NCBI GenBank assembly: GCA_963841915.1
Contig: CAWJEN010000005.1
Location: forward strand, 416,001 to 480,000
Source of the DNA: an uncultured Planctomycetota bacterium
GTDB lineage: Bacteria; Planctomycetota; Phycisphaerae; Tepidisphaerales; Tepidisphaeraceae
DNA: 64,000 nt
Direction of reading: 5' to 3'
Below the pieces are notes generated by a model. It saw nothing but the letters and a program-made list of their open reading frames with translations, had not been told where the DNA came from and ran no database searches. Of this stretch, positions 28,177 to 37,883 are shown in pieces. Position numbers and translations under genes: made by a program. How positions within the stretch are numbered: the first letter of the stretch is position 1; the number at the start of each line of letters is the position of its first letter.

Positions 28177-29436
28177 GTGGACCTCTTCGCCGGGCAACGC
28201 GACTCTAACCGCCGGCGGGCGATGCCGCTCGCGGCGAGGGTGCGGCCGCGGACGCTGGACGAATTCGCCGGTCAGCGTCACTTCCTCGCTGAGGGCATGT
28301 TGCTTCGTCGCCTGATCGACAGTGATCGGCTCGCCTCGCTGCTGTTTTACGGCCCGCCGGGTACAGGCAAGACGACGCTCGGACGCATCATTGCCGACAC
28401 GACCGCCAGCGCGTTTCGCCAGCTCAACGCCGCCTCGGCGACAGTAAAGGACGTTCGCACGATCCTCGACGAAGCCCGCCGTCGCGTCGAAGACGGCGGC
28501 GAGCGGACATTGCTGTTCCTCGACGAGATTCACCGCTTTTCCCGTAGTCAGCAGGACGTGCTGCTGGGCGATGTCGAAGAAGGCATCATCGTCCTGATCG
28601 GGGCGACGACGGAGAACCCTTTCTTCAGCGTCAACAGCGCGCTCGTCAGCCGCAGTCAGATCTTCCAGTTTCAGCCGCTGAGCCACGAAGACGTCGTCGC
28701 CCTGCTGCGACGGGCGGTTACCGACGAACGGGCATTCGGCGGAAAAGCGGTTGAGGTGGAAGAAGATGCGTTCGCCCACTGGGCCACCGTCAGCGACGGC
28801 GATGCCAGGCGCGCGTTGTCGGCCCTCGAAGTGGCGGTGCTGAGCCAGCCGAGCGGCAAAATCGACCTGGCCGCCGCGGAGCAGTCGATTCAGCGGAAGG
28901 CACTTCGCTACGACAAGCTCGGCGACGAGCATTACGACCACGCGTCGGCGTTCATCAAGTCCATGCGCGGCAGCGACGCCGACGCGGCGCTCTACTGGCT
29001 GGCCCGCATGCTCGAGGCAGGCGAAGATCCACGATTCATCGCCCGGCGACTCGCCATCTTCGCCAGCGAAGATGTCGGCAACGCAGATCCGCGGGCCATT
29101 GTCGTTGCCGACGCGGCGTGGAACCTCGTCGCCAAGCTCGGCCTGCCCGAAGGCAAGCTCACGCTCGCCCAGGCGACGATCTATATGGCGACAGCCCCGA
29201 AGAGCCGCGCGACTACAACGGCGATCGGCCGGGCGACAACGGATGTCAACGAGAACGGCACCCTGCCGATCCCGCGGAAGCTGCGGGACGCCCAGTATGC
29301 CGGTGCCCAACGTCTGGGCCATGGCCCGGCGGCAGCAGAGGATCAGACGGCCGACTACTTCGGCGTCGACGCGACGTACTACGAACCGGCCGACGCCGGC
29401 GAAGAGGCCGCGCTGCGATCTGATGAAGCGCCTTGA
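28177..29436 (+). CDS. rarA: Replication-associated recombination protein A (RarA/MgsA)
   Basis: Motifs PLAARVRP, GPPGTGKTT, DEIHRF, GATTENP, SAFIKSMRGSD and ASEDVGNADP. GTG start at 28177 (MDLF). Confidence 0.96.
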   Translation: MDLFAGQRDSNRRRAMPLAARVRPRTLDEFAGQRHFLAEGMLLRRLIDSDRLASLLFYGPPGTGKTTLGRIIADTTASAFRQLNAASATVKDVRTILDEARRRVEDGGERTLLFLDEIHRFSRSQQDVLLGDVEEGIIVLIGATTENPFFSVNSALVSRSQIFQFQPLSHEDVVALLRRAVTDERAFGGKAVEVEEDAFAHWATVSDGDARRALSALEVAVLSQPSGKIDLAAAEQSIQRKALRYDKLGDEHYDHASAFIKSMRGSDADAALYWLARMLEAGEDPRFIARRLAIFASEDVGNADPRAIVVADAAWNLVAKLGLPEGKLTLAQATIYMATAPKSRATTTAIGRATTDVNENGTLPIPRKLRDAQYAGAQRLGHGPAAAEDQTADYFGVDATYYEPADAGEEAALRSDEAP

Positions 29437-29446
29437 GCTGTGCTCA

Positions 29447-29899
29447 TCATGCTGCCCGGCGGGCGCTGCCGACGGCTGACAGGATCTCGACGCCACAGAT
29501 GAGCTTCTTGTCGACGCGCCGGACCCAGATGTACTTCACCGGGAGCATGGAGCTTCTTGAGACCAGGCCGCGGCGGTCGGGGGCGGCAACGTGCAGGTAG
29601 GCGGTGCTGCCGGGCACGGCGGGGACGCGGTCGGGCAGTTCGAGCCCGATGCCGCTGTCGCTGATGTCGATCGTGTGGCCGGCGAAGTAGTGGCCGCCCA
29701 TCGGGTCCAGGAGCTTGACGCTGCGGATTTCGTGATGCCGCGGGCGACGACGGCGATTGCGGTCATCGAGCCGAGGGAATGCCGCCCCACCAGGCACGAG
29801 CCGGGGAAAAACGGGAGCGGTCGAATCGAGGGCGGCAGGCATCACCTTGTCTGTATCGGACGACGGCCGTCGAAACTTGAGACGCGACTTCGCGGCCAC
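29447..29899 (-). CDS. PilZ domain-containing protein
   Basis: RxxxR (RRRPR) followed by DISDSG (D/NxSxxG), and the C-terminal WVRR...CGVEI. Confidence 0.75.
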   Translation of the reverse strand: MAAKSRLKFRRPSSDTDKVMPAALDSTAPVFPRLVPGGAAFPRLDDRNRRRRPRHHEIRSVKLLDPMGGHYFAGHTIDISDSGIGLELPDRVPAVPGSTAYLHVAAPDRRGLVSRSSMLPVKYIWVRRVDKKLICGVEILSAVGSARRAA

Positions 29900-29950
29900 A
29901 AAACGGTTGTTCTCGGACCATCTACACTGACCACCCGCACGCGACTATCT

Positions 29951-32656
29951 ATGGCCTACCCCTTTCAAGAGATCGAGCAACGCTGGCAGCAAGCCTGGCG
30001 AGACCAAAGCGTTTACCGCGCTGCTGACCCGGACCAGACCGACAAGCCGGCGTTCTACGTGCTCGACATGTTCCCTTATCCCTCGGGCAGCGGACTGCAC
30101 GTCGGCCACCCGGAGGGGTACACGGCTACCGACATCGTCAGTCGGTACAAGCGCATGCGTGGCTTCAACGTGCTGCACCCGATGGGCTGGGACGCTTTCG
30201 GCCTGCCGGCCGAGCAGTACGCCATCAAGAACAACGTCCACCCGGCCGAAACGACAGCGAAGAACGTCGAAACCTTCCGCCGCCAGATCGAGATGCTCGG
30301 CCTGGGCTACGACTGGTCACGCGAAGTCAACACGACCGATCCGGCGTACTACAAATGGACGCAGTGGATCTTCCTGCAGATCTACAACAGCTACTTTGAT
30401 CCGCAGGAAAACAAGGCGATGCCGATCGCCCACCTCGAAAACGAACTGTTCAACGGCAACTACGTCGTCGCCCCCGACGGCTCGATCGTCAACAACCCCG
30501 TGCAGGAAGGCCTCGAAGCCATTGCCGGCGAAGCACACCTGTTCCGTCACTTCGAGAACCTGACCGATCAGGAGCGACGCGACGTCATCGACAACCAACG
30601 ACTGGCATTCGTCGACAACGTGCCGGTCAACTGGTGCCCCGAACTCGGCACGACGCTGGCCAACGAAGAAGTCGTCGACGGCAAGAGCGAGGTCGGTGGC
30701 CACCCCGTCGAGCGGCGGCCGCTTCGTCAGTGGATGCTGCGCATTACCGCCTACGCCGACCGGCTCATCGAAGACCTCGACGACCTGCAGTGGAGCGACT
30801 CGCTCAAAGACATGCAGCGGAACTGGATCGGCAAGAGCGTCGGCGCGACGATCGACTTCGACATCCGCGGGTTCGACGCCGCCGTTGAGGTCTACACGAC
30901 GCGGCCTGACACGCTTTTCGGTGCCACGTACATGGTGCTGGCGCCTGAGCACGAGCTGGTCAACCGGATCACAACCGAGCCGCAACGGGACGAGGTCGAG
31001 GCCTATGTCGCCGCCGCAGGCAGCCGCAGCGAGCGCGACCGTCAAGCCGACGCCAAGGAGAAAACCGGCGTCTTCACCGGCGCTTACGCGATCAACCCTG
31101 CCAACGACGAGGCGATACCGATCTGGATCGCCGACTACGTGCTCACGGGATACGGCACGGGCGCCATTATGGCCGTCCCGGCACACGACGAGCGCGACTT
31201 TGCGTTTGCCCGGAAGTTCGACCTGCCGATCGTGCAGGTGGTCGACACCGGCAAGCCGCTCGAAGACGCCGCCATCGCCGGCGAAGGCACGGCCATCAAC
31301 TCCGACTTCCTCGACGGAAAGACGACCGAGCAGGCCAAGGCGTCGATCATCGACTACCTCCACGACAAAGGCGTCGGCCGGCCTCGCACGAATTACAAGC
31401 TGCGCGACTGGCTCTTTTCACGCCAGCGGTACTGGGGCGAGCCGTTCCCGATCCTCCTCGACGCCGACGGCAACCATCACGCGGTCGACGAGAGCGAACT
31501 GCCTGTCACACTGCCCGAACTCGAAGACTTTAAGCCGACCGGCAGCCCTGAGGGTCCGCTGGCCAAGGCGACGGACTGGCTCACGGTCGAACGCGACGGC
31601 AAAACCTACCAGCGCGAGACGAACACAATGCCCCAGTGGGCGGGCAGCTGCTGGTACTACCTGCGTTACCTTGACCCCGACAACGCAGACAGGTTCATCG
31701 ATCCGGCTAAGGAAGCGTACTGGATGCCCGTCGACCTCTACGTGGGAGGCGTCGAGCACGCGGTGCTGCACCTGCTGTACGCCCGATTCTGGCACAAAGT
31801 GCTCTATGACCTGGGCCACCTCGGCACGAGCGAGCCGTTCCAGCGGCTCGTCAATCAGGGGATGATCCTGGGCGAGACCGAGTACAGCGTCGGCGACGAA
31901 TCCGTGGCAGCCGACGAGGTCGAAAAGCAAGGCGACGGCTTCGTGCGGAAAGCCGACGGCCAGCGGGTCGACGCCAAGGCCCACAAGATGAGCAAGTCGC
32001 GCGGCAACGTCATCAACCCCGATGACGTTGTGGCCGAGTACGGGGCTGACACGTTCCGGCTCTATGAGATGTACATGGGCCCGCTGGAGGCTATGAAGCC
32101 GTGGAACACGCGGGACATCGTCGGTATGAGCCGGTTCCTCAGCCGAGTCCACCGGACGCTGATCGGTATCGAGCCGACCGGTGACGGCATCCCGATCGAC
32201 CTCGATCGGCAGCTGAACAAGGCCATTGTCAACATCAGTGGCCACGTGGACCATCTGCGGTTCAACACCGCCATTGCCGAATTGATCGAGCTGATCAACG
32301 CCGCCGCCAAGCACGAGTCGCTACCGCGGCCGTTCGTGCGGATCTACGCCCTGCTGCTGGCGCCGTTCGCCCCGCACCTGGCCGAAGAGATCTGGCACAA
32401 GACGTTGTCGATGGAGTCGAGCATCGTGCTGGCCGAGTGGCCCGACGCCGACGAGTCAAAGCTGGCGGAAGACTCCGTAGAGCTGCCCGTTCAGGTCAAC
32501 GGCAAGCTCCGCGGCCGCGTGACGGTGGCGACGGACGCGAGCAAAGACGACACGCTCGCCGCCGCCCGTGAGGTCGTGGCCGATCAGCTCGACGGCAAGA
32601 CGATCCGGAAGGAAATCGTCGTGCCGGGCCGCATGGTGAACTTTGTCGTCGGATAG
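29951..32656 (+). CDS. leuS: Leucine--tRNA ligase
   Basis: Motifs MFPYPSGSGLHVGH, YTTRPDT, GTGAIMAVPAHD, KMSKS and VQVNGKLRG. True start ATG 29951. Confidence 0.98.
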   Translation: MAYPFQEIEQRWQQAWRDQSVYRAADPDQTDKPAFYVLDMFPYPSGSGLHVGHPEGYTATDIVSRYKRMRGFNVLHPMGWDAFGLPAEQYAIKNNVHPAETTAKNVETFRRQIEMLGLGYDWSREVNTTDPAYYKWTQWIFLQIYNSYFDPQENKAMPIAHLENELFNGNYVVAPDGSIVNNPVQEGLEAIAGEAHLFRHFENLTDQERRDVIDNQRLAFVDNVPVNWCPELGTTLANEEVVDGKSEVGGHPVERRPLRQWMLRITAYADRLIEDLDDLQWSDSLKDMQRNWIGKSVGATIDFDIRGFDAAVEVYTTRPDTLFGATYMVLAPEHELVNRITTEPQRDEVEAYVAAAGSRSERDRQADAKEKTGVFTGAYAINPANDEAIPIWIADYVLTGYGTGAIMAVPAHDERDFAFARKFDLPIVQVVDTGKPLEDAAIAGEGTAINSDFLDGKTTEQAKASIIDYLHDKGVGRPRTNYKLRDWLFSRQRYWGEPFPILLDADGNHHAVDESELPVTLPELEDFKPTGSPEGPLAKATDWLTVERDGKTYQRETNTMPQWAGSCWYYLRYLDPDNADRFIDPAKEAYWMPVDLYVGGVEHAVLHLLYARFWHKVLYDLGHLGTSEPFQRLVNQGMILGETEYSVGDESVAADEVEKQGDGFVRKADGQRVDAKAHKMSKSRGNVINPDDVVAEYGADTFRLYEMYMGPLEAMKPWNTRDIVGMSRFLSRVHRTLIGIEPTGDGIPIDLDRQLNKAIVNISGHVDHLRFNTAIAELIELINAAAKHESLPRPFVRIYALLLAPFAPHLAEEIWHKTLSMESSIVLAEWPDADESKLAEDSVELPVQVNGKLRGRVTVATDASKDDTLAAAREVVADQLDGKTIRKEIVVPGRMVNFVVG

Positions 32657-32662
32657 ATCGCC

Positions 32663-33190
32663 ATGCCTACTGAACTCGAAGCTAAATTGAAAGTGAGGGA
32701 CCTCGCCGTCGTCCGCGAGCGGCTCGTCGCCACCGGGGCCGAGCGGGTGTCGAAGGTGCGCGAGGTGAACACGTACCTGGCAGTACCCGATGTTGACTCG
32801 GGGCTTCGCGTGCGGGACGAGACGGACGAAGACGGCAACAGCCGTCGTCGCCTGACCTTCAAGGGGCCGAAGCAGGCCGGGCCATTCAAGCAGCGTGAGG
32901 AGTTCGAGGTCGATATCGACGACGCGGAGGTGATGCTGATGATCTTCACCCGCCTGAGCATGCCGCCGACGCTCGTGTTCGAGAAGAACCGTGAAACCTT
33001 CAACCTCGGCAGCTGCGAAGTGGTGCTTGATGAGCTGCCGCGACTCGGCACCTTCATCGAAGTTGAAGGTCCCGACGAGGCGACGGTGACGCACGTGCTC
33101 GAGCAGCTTGAGCTCGACCCGGCGGAGGCGATCAGCGAGGGCTATGCGAGTATGTTCGCATCGGCGGGCGTGACGGAAGCACGCTTCTGA
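32663..33190 (+). CDS. cyaB: CYTH-domain protein (class IV adenylate cyclase family)
   Basis: Motifs ELEAK (ExExK), LRVR, LTFKGP, REEFE, EKNRE and LGTFIEVEG. Confidence 0.85.
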   Translation: MPTELEAKLKVRDLAVVRERLVATGAERVSKVREVNTYLAVPDVDSGLRVRDETDEDGNSRRRLTFKGPKQAGPFKQREEFEVDIDDAEVMLMIFTRLSMPPTLVFEKNRETFNLGSCEVVLDELPRLGTFIEVEGPDEATVTHVLEQLELDPAEAISEGYASMFASAGVTEARF

Positions 33191-33212
33191 CGCGACGACC
33201 GGCGTTCCCTCA

Positions 33213-34805
33213 TTGGGTTTTGTCTCGCCGCAGCGTTACGTTGAACCGGTGCCTGCCGCCTCGACATCCCGAGCCGACATAGTCGCCGCATCGGCTGCGA
33301 CTGCGGCGAAGGTGCTGTCGTGGGCCGTCGCGGCGGCGGTCGTCTACCGCCAACTCGGTGAGGCGGCTTTCGCGGTGCTTGCCATGACGCGGGCGACGCT
33401 GGGGCTGCTCAACTACACGACCTTCGGCCTCGGCCCGGCGCTGACGCGCATGGTCGCCGAGGCGGAGCGATCCGCAGAAACACCCCCGAGCCGCGGTCCC
33501 ACGGACCGCCGGTCTGACGACGCAGATGCAGCCACATCGCACGGCTTCCACAGTCAGGTGCAATCCGAAGCAAACGTCTCTGCGACGACGGATGCTCAAG
33601 CTGAGCGATCTTTACAGGACGTCATCACCGCGGTGCTGACGGACTCGTCAGACCAGCGGTCCGTGGGACCGCGGCTCGGGGCGACTCATCCACTGACGCT
33701 TGACTACGCGTCGAGTCGCCCCTTCAACGAGAACTCAGCAGCGTCGCTGTTGTCGACGACAGCAAGACTGCTTGTGGGTTCCGGGTTGGCTGCCCTCGTC
33801 CTCGCGTGGGTCTACGCAAGCTACTTCCACCGCCTTCACGAGGTTCCGGTCGATGCCGTTGTCCCCGACAGCGGCGAACTGGTACTCTTTGTCTTCACGC
33901 TCGGAGCCGGCTTCGTTGCACGTCTTGGAAGCGATGCTATTTCAGGTGCTTCTCATGCACTGGGCCGACTCCGACACGATCAGACGGCCGCTGCGGCGAC
34001 AGACGTCCTCTGGATCGCCTTGCTGACAGGCGGCGTGTTCGCCGGCAGCCTTGCCGTCATGGGACTGGCGCTGGTCGGGATGACCTTCATGCTAACCGGC
34101 GGAGTCGGCCTGGCCGTCCGCTTTTGGCTAAGCCGATCCGTCGCCTTGCGAGCCTCTTTCGGCCGCGAGAAGGCTTCGTCTTCGGCAGCTTTCCGCCTCC
34201 TCGCCTACGGCGGCCTTGTAACGCTCGGCAGCGCGGCCGACTTCCTCTACGCACCGATCGACTACTTCATCCTGAACCACAAGGTCAGCGCTCTGGCCCC
34301 GGCGGTGTATGCGCCGGCTGTCCAGATCGACGCGGCGATCCTCGTGCTCGTCTCGGCCGTGGCGACCGTCGCCTTGCCCAAGGCCGCCCGGCTGGCGGCG
34401 GCGGGTGACAACGCGGCCGTCTGGCGTGGCTACCTCACCGGCTCGATCCTCGCCGGCGGAGCGGCCCTGGCCTTGGCGATCCCGGCGTGGCTGCTCTCGC
34501 CGCACGTCTTCTCGCTCTGGCTCGGCGACGACCTGCCGGCGACGCGGGCAATGCTGCCGCTGATTCTCCTGCACACCATCCTCGGCAGCGCGGCAGGCGT
34601 CGGGCGGGCCACGCTCGTCGCCGTCGGCTACGCACGGTCGTACGCCGTCGTCGTCCTGCTCGGCGGCGCGATCAATGTGGCGTTGAGCCTCTGGTTCGTC
34701 CACCTCGGCTGGGGCATCGCCGGGGTGATATGGGGCACCATCATCAGTGTGGCGGCACGATGCCTGGTCGCGTTGCCTCTGCTGGTGCGACGGGCAACTC
34801 GCTAA
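33213..34805 (+). CDS. Wzx/MATE-like polysaccharide flippase
   Basis: Multiple TM helices, with FGLGPALTRMVA, APIDYFIL and NVALSLWFVHLGWGIAG. Start uncertain. Confidence 0.75.
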   Translation: MGFVSPQRYVEPVPAASTSRADIVAASAATAAKVLSWAVAAAVVYRQLGEAAFAVLAMTRATLGLLNYTTFGLGPALTRMVAEAERSAETPPSRGPTDRRSDDADAATSHGFHSQVQSEANVSATTDAQAERSLQDVITAVLTDSSDQRSVGPRLGATHPLTLDYASSRPFNENSAASLLSTTARLLVGSGLAALVLAWVYASYFHRLHEVPVDAVVPDSGELVLFVFTLGAGFVARLGSDAISGASHALGRLRHDQTAAAATDVLWIALLTGGVFAGSLAVMGLALVGMTFMLTGGVGLAVRFWLSRSVALRASFGREKASSSAAFRLLAYGGLVTLGSAADFLYAPIDYFILNHKVSALAPAVYAPAVQIDAAILVLVSAVATVALPKAARLAAAGDNAAVWRGYLTGSILAGGAALALAIPAWLLSPHVFSLWLGDDLPATRAMLPLILLHTILGSAAGVGRATLVAVGYARSYAVVVLLGGAINVALSLWFVHLGWGIAGVIWGTIISVAARCLVALPLLVRRATR

Positions 34806-34939
34806 GCGAACATCATTCGGTTCTCCTATAAATTGACCCGTAGTCGTGTCGTTTCTACATTCGACTCCCACTCCGTCCACAGCCGGCCGCGCACGTGTGT
34901 TGGCCGACACTACCCGATTTTCACCGGAAAACACACCAT

Positions 34940-37648
34940 ATGGCTGCCACCAAGACGACCACGAAGAAGGTCAAGAAGGCGATCAAGAAGGCGACGAAAG
35001 TCGTCAAGGCCCCCGTCAAAGCTGCACGCAAGCTCAGCGGCAAACGCGTTTACTTCTTTGGCGACGGCAAGGCCGAGGGCGGTCGCAGCGACAAGCTGCT
35101 CCTCGGCGGCAAGGGTGCCAACCTCGCCGACATGACCTCGAGCGGCTTCCCCGTGCCGGCCGGCTTCACCATCACCACTGAAACCTGCGCCGATTACAAC
35201 TCGGGCGGGAAGAAGCTCCCCGACGGACTGATGGATGAGGTCGCTAAAAACGTCAAGAAGACCGAGAAGGCGACCGGCAAGAAGTTCGGCAACGCCAAGA
35301 AGCCGCTGCTGTTGAGCGTCCGCTCCGGTGCCGCCGTCTCCATGCCGGGCATGATGGATACGGTCCTGAACCTTGGCCTGACGGACGAGATCGTCGAAGC
35401 GATGGCCCAGGCCAACGACCGCTTCGCCTACGACAGCTACCGCCGGCTCATCAACATGTACGGCGACGTCGTTGTCGGCGTGCACCACCACTACTTCGAA
35501 GAGGCCATCGCGGCCATGAAGAAGGATCGTGGCGTAGCGGAGGACACCGATCTATCGGCCGACGACCTCAAGGAGCTGTGCGGCGAGTACAAGAAGGTCT
35601 TCAAGAAGCACGCCGGCTTCGCTTTCCCGCAGGACCCGATGGGTCAGCTCGAGCTGGCCATCGAGGCCGTCTTCAAGTCGTGGGACAGCCCCAAGGCTCA
35701 CAGCTACCGTCGCGCCGAGGGCATCGCGAATCTCGCCGGTACGGCCGTCAACTGTCAGACGATGGTCTTCGGCAACATGGGCGACGACTGCGCCACCGGC
35801 GTCGGCTTCACCCGTGATCCGTCCAGCGGCGACAACACCTTCCTGGTCGAGTACCTCGTCAACGCCCAGGGCGAAGACGTTGTGGCCGGCATCCGCACGC
35901 CCAAGGGGCTTGCCGAGATGAAGAAGGAGCTTCCCAAGATGTACAAGGAGCTCATGGACATGCGCAAGCGCCTCGAGAAGCGCTACCAGGACATGCAGGA
36001 CTTCGAGTTCACGGTCGAAGAGCGCAAGCTCTACATGCTTCAGACCCGCAACGGCAAGCGGACCGGCCGCGCCGCCTTGAAGATCGCGACTGATCTGCTG
36101 AAGGAGAAGCTCATTGACGAAAAGGCAGCGGTCAAAATGGTCACGCCCGGCCACCTCGATCAGCTGCTGCACCCGGCCTTCGCGCCCGCAGCCCGCAAGG
36201 CGGCCACCGTGCTGACCAGCGGCCTCAACGCCTCGCCCGGCGCTGCCGTCGGCAAGCTGGCGTTCACCGCCGAGGACGCCAAAGAGCGTGCCGAAAAGGG
36301 TGAAGCCGTGCTACTCGTTCGTCGCGAGACGAGCCCCGAAGACGTCGAAGGCATGCACGCTGCCCAGGGGATTCTCACCAGCACCGGTGGCAAGACGAGC
36401 CACGCTGCCGTCGTCGCCCGCGGCTGGGGCAAGCCTTGTGTCTGTGGCGCTGGCGACGTCGAGATCGACGCCGGTAAGCAGACTGCCACCATCGGTGGCA
36501 AGAAGTACGGCCCGGGTGACTCGCTCAGCATCGACGGCACGACAGGTGACGTCCTTGCCGGTGAGGTTCAGACGCAGGACCCCGAGCCGGACCGGAACTT
36601 CAAGAAGCTCATGAGCCTCGCCGACAAGTTCCGCAGGCTTGCCGTCCGTACGAATGCCGACACGCCTGAAGACGCCAAAAAGGCCCGTGAATTCGGCGCT
36701 GAGGGCATCGGCCTGTGTCGGACCGAACACATGTTCTTCGACTCCGAGCGGATCGGTCCGATGCGTGAGATGATTCTCGCCGACGACGAGGCCGGTCGTG
36801 AGAAGGCGCTCAAGAAGCTCCTGCCGTTCCAGCGGGATGACTTTGCGGGCTTGTTCAAGGCGATGAAGGGCCTGCCGGTCACGATCCGTTTGCTCGACCC
36901 GCCGCTGCACGAGTTCCTGCCCCACGAGGATAAGGACATCGAAGCTTTGGCCAAGTCGATGGGCAAGCAGGCCGACGAGGTCAAGACCCGCGTCGCCAGC
37001 CTGCACGAAAGCAACCCGATGCTCGGCCACCGCGGCTGCCGACTGGCTGTCACGTACCCTGAGATTCTCCGCATGCAGGTGCGGGCGATCCTCGAGGCGG
37101 CCATCAAGGTCGGTGGGAACATCGTCCCTGAGATCATGATCCCGCTGGCCGGTACCGCCGAGGAGCTGAGCTTCCTCAGCGAGCACCTTCATGACGAAGC
37201 CGAGCAGGTCTTCAAGGCCAAGAAGAAAAAGGTGAAGTACCTCGTCGGCACCATGATCGAGGTGCCCCGCGCCGCCATCACCGCCGACAAGGTCGCCGAG
37301 CAGGCCGAGTTCTTCAGCTTCGGCACGAACGACCTGACGCAGATGACCTTCGGCTTCTCTCGCGACGACGCCGGCGTGTTCCTCAAGGAGTACGTCGATA
37401 AGGGCATTCTTCCCGAAGATCCGTTCCAGTCACTCGACCGCAACGGCGTCGGCGAACTTGTCAAGATCGCCGTCGAGAAGGGTCGCGCCGCCCGCCCGGG
37501 CATCAAGCTCGGCATCTGCGGTGAGCACGGTGGCGATGCAAGCAGCGTCCACTTCTGCCATGAGGTCGGTCTCGACTACGTCTCGTGCAGCCCGTTCCGC
37601 GTCCCCATCGCACGCCTCGCCGCGGCGCATGCGGCGTTGAACGGCTAG
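34940..37648 (+). CDS. ppdK: Pyruvate, phosphate dikinase
   Basis: Motifs LLGGKGANL, SVRSGA, GGKTSHAAVVARG, GLCRTEHM, GTNDLTQ and GICGEHGG. True start ATG 34940. Confidence 0.98.
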   Translation: MAATKTTTKKVKKAIKKATKVVKAPVKAARKLSGKRVYFFGDGKAEGGRSDKLLLGGKGANLADMTSSGFPVPAGFTITTETCADYNSGGKKLPDGLMDEVAKNVKKTEKATGKKFGNAKKPLLLSVRSGAAVSMPGMMDTVLNLGLTDEIVEAMAQANDRFAYDSYRRLINMYGDVVVGVHHHYFEEAIAAMKKDRGVAEDTDLSADDLKELCGEYKKVFKKHAGFAFPQDPMGQLELAIEAVFKSWDSPKAHSYRRAEGIANLAGTAVNCQTMVFGNMGDDCATGVGFTRDPSSGDNTFLVEYLVNAQGEDVVAGIRTPKGLAEMKKELPKMYKELMDMRKRLEKRYQDMQDFEFTVEERKLYMLQTRNGKRTGRAALKIATDLLKEKLIDEKAAVKMVTPGHLDQLLHPAFAPAARKAATVLTSGLNASPGAAVGKLAFTAEDAKERAEKGEAVLLVRRETSPEDVEGMHAAQGILTSTGGKTSHAAVVARGWGKPCVCGAGDVEIDAGKQTATIGGKKYGPGDSLSIDGTTGDVLAGEVQTQDPEPDRNFKKLMSLADKFRRLAVRTNADTPEDAKKAREFGAEGIGLCRTEHMFFDSERIGPMREMILADDEAGREKALKKLLPFQRDDFAGLFKAMKGLPVTIRLLDPPLHEFLPHEDKDIEALAKSMGKQADEVKTRVASLHESNPMLGHRGCRLAVTYPEILRMQVRAILEAAIKVGGNIVPEIMIPLAGTAEELSFLSEHLHDEAEQVFKAKKKKVKYLVGTMIEVPRAAITADKVAEQAEFFSFGTNDLTQMTFGFSRDDAGVFLKEYVDKGILPEDPFQSLDRNGVGELVKIAVEKGRAARPGIKLGICGEHGGDASSVHFCHEVGLDYVSCSPFRVPIARLAAAHAALNG

Positions 37649-37671
37649 GTCCGCTCAATGCAACCAGCAAG

Positions 37672-37710
37672 AAGGGCCAGGTGTCGTTGACACCTGGCCC
37701 TTTCCCTTTT
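37672..37710 (+). terminator. Intrinsic terminator after ppdK
   Basis: aagggccaggtgtc-gtt-gacacctggccctt is a 14-bp perfect stem followed by a T-rich tail. Confidence 0.88.
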
Positions 37711-37883
37711 GCTCGCGACGTTTGCGTCATTCGCATCCGCGTCAGCGAGTATTGACGTGGCTACTCCGCGATCGCTGTATGCGTCGCCCGTAGCACGTGG
37801 CCCAGCAGCCCCTCGCGGTCGGGGTACTGCGCCATCCCAGCCGCAACGTAGATGACAGTGCCGTCACCGAAGTCGCCACCGGG

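Noticed and set aside
29591..29950. Extended N-terminus of the leuS ORF (similarly rplM from 4903, rarA from 28039 and rfaD from 50004)
   Set aside because: The extensions overlap neighbouring genes or promoter regions, and conserved N-termini start downstream.
30380..30600. Insertion in LeuS between WIFLQ and the zinc-finger-like region
   Set aside because: In-frame, with no intein motifs. It resembles lineage-specific LeuRS insertions.
37680..37694. GGTGTC-gtt-GACACC resembling the parA array hexamers
   Set aside because: It is fully explained as the stem of the ppdK terminator, has different spacing and is isolated.
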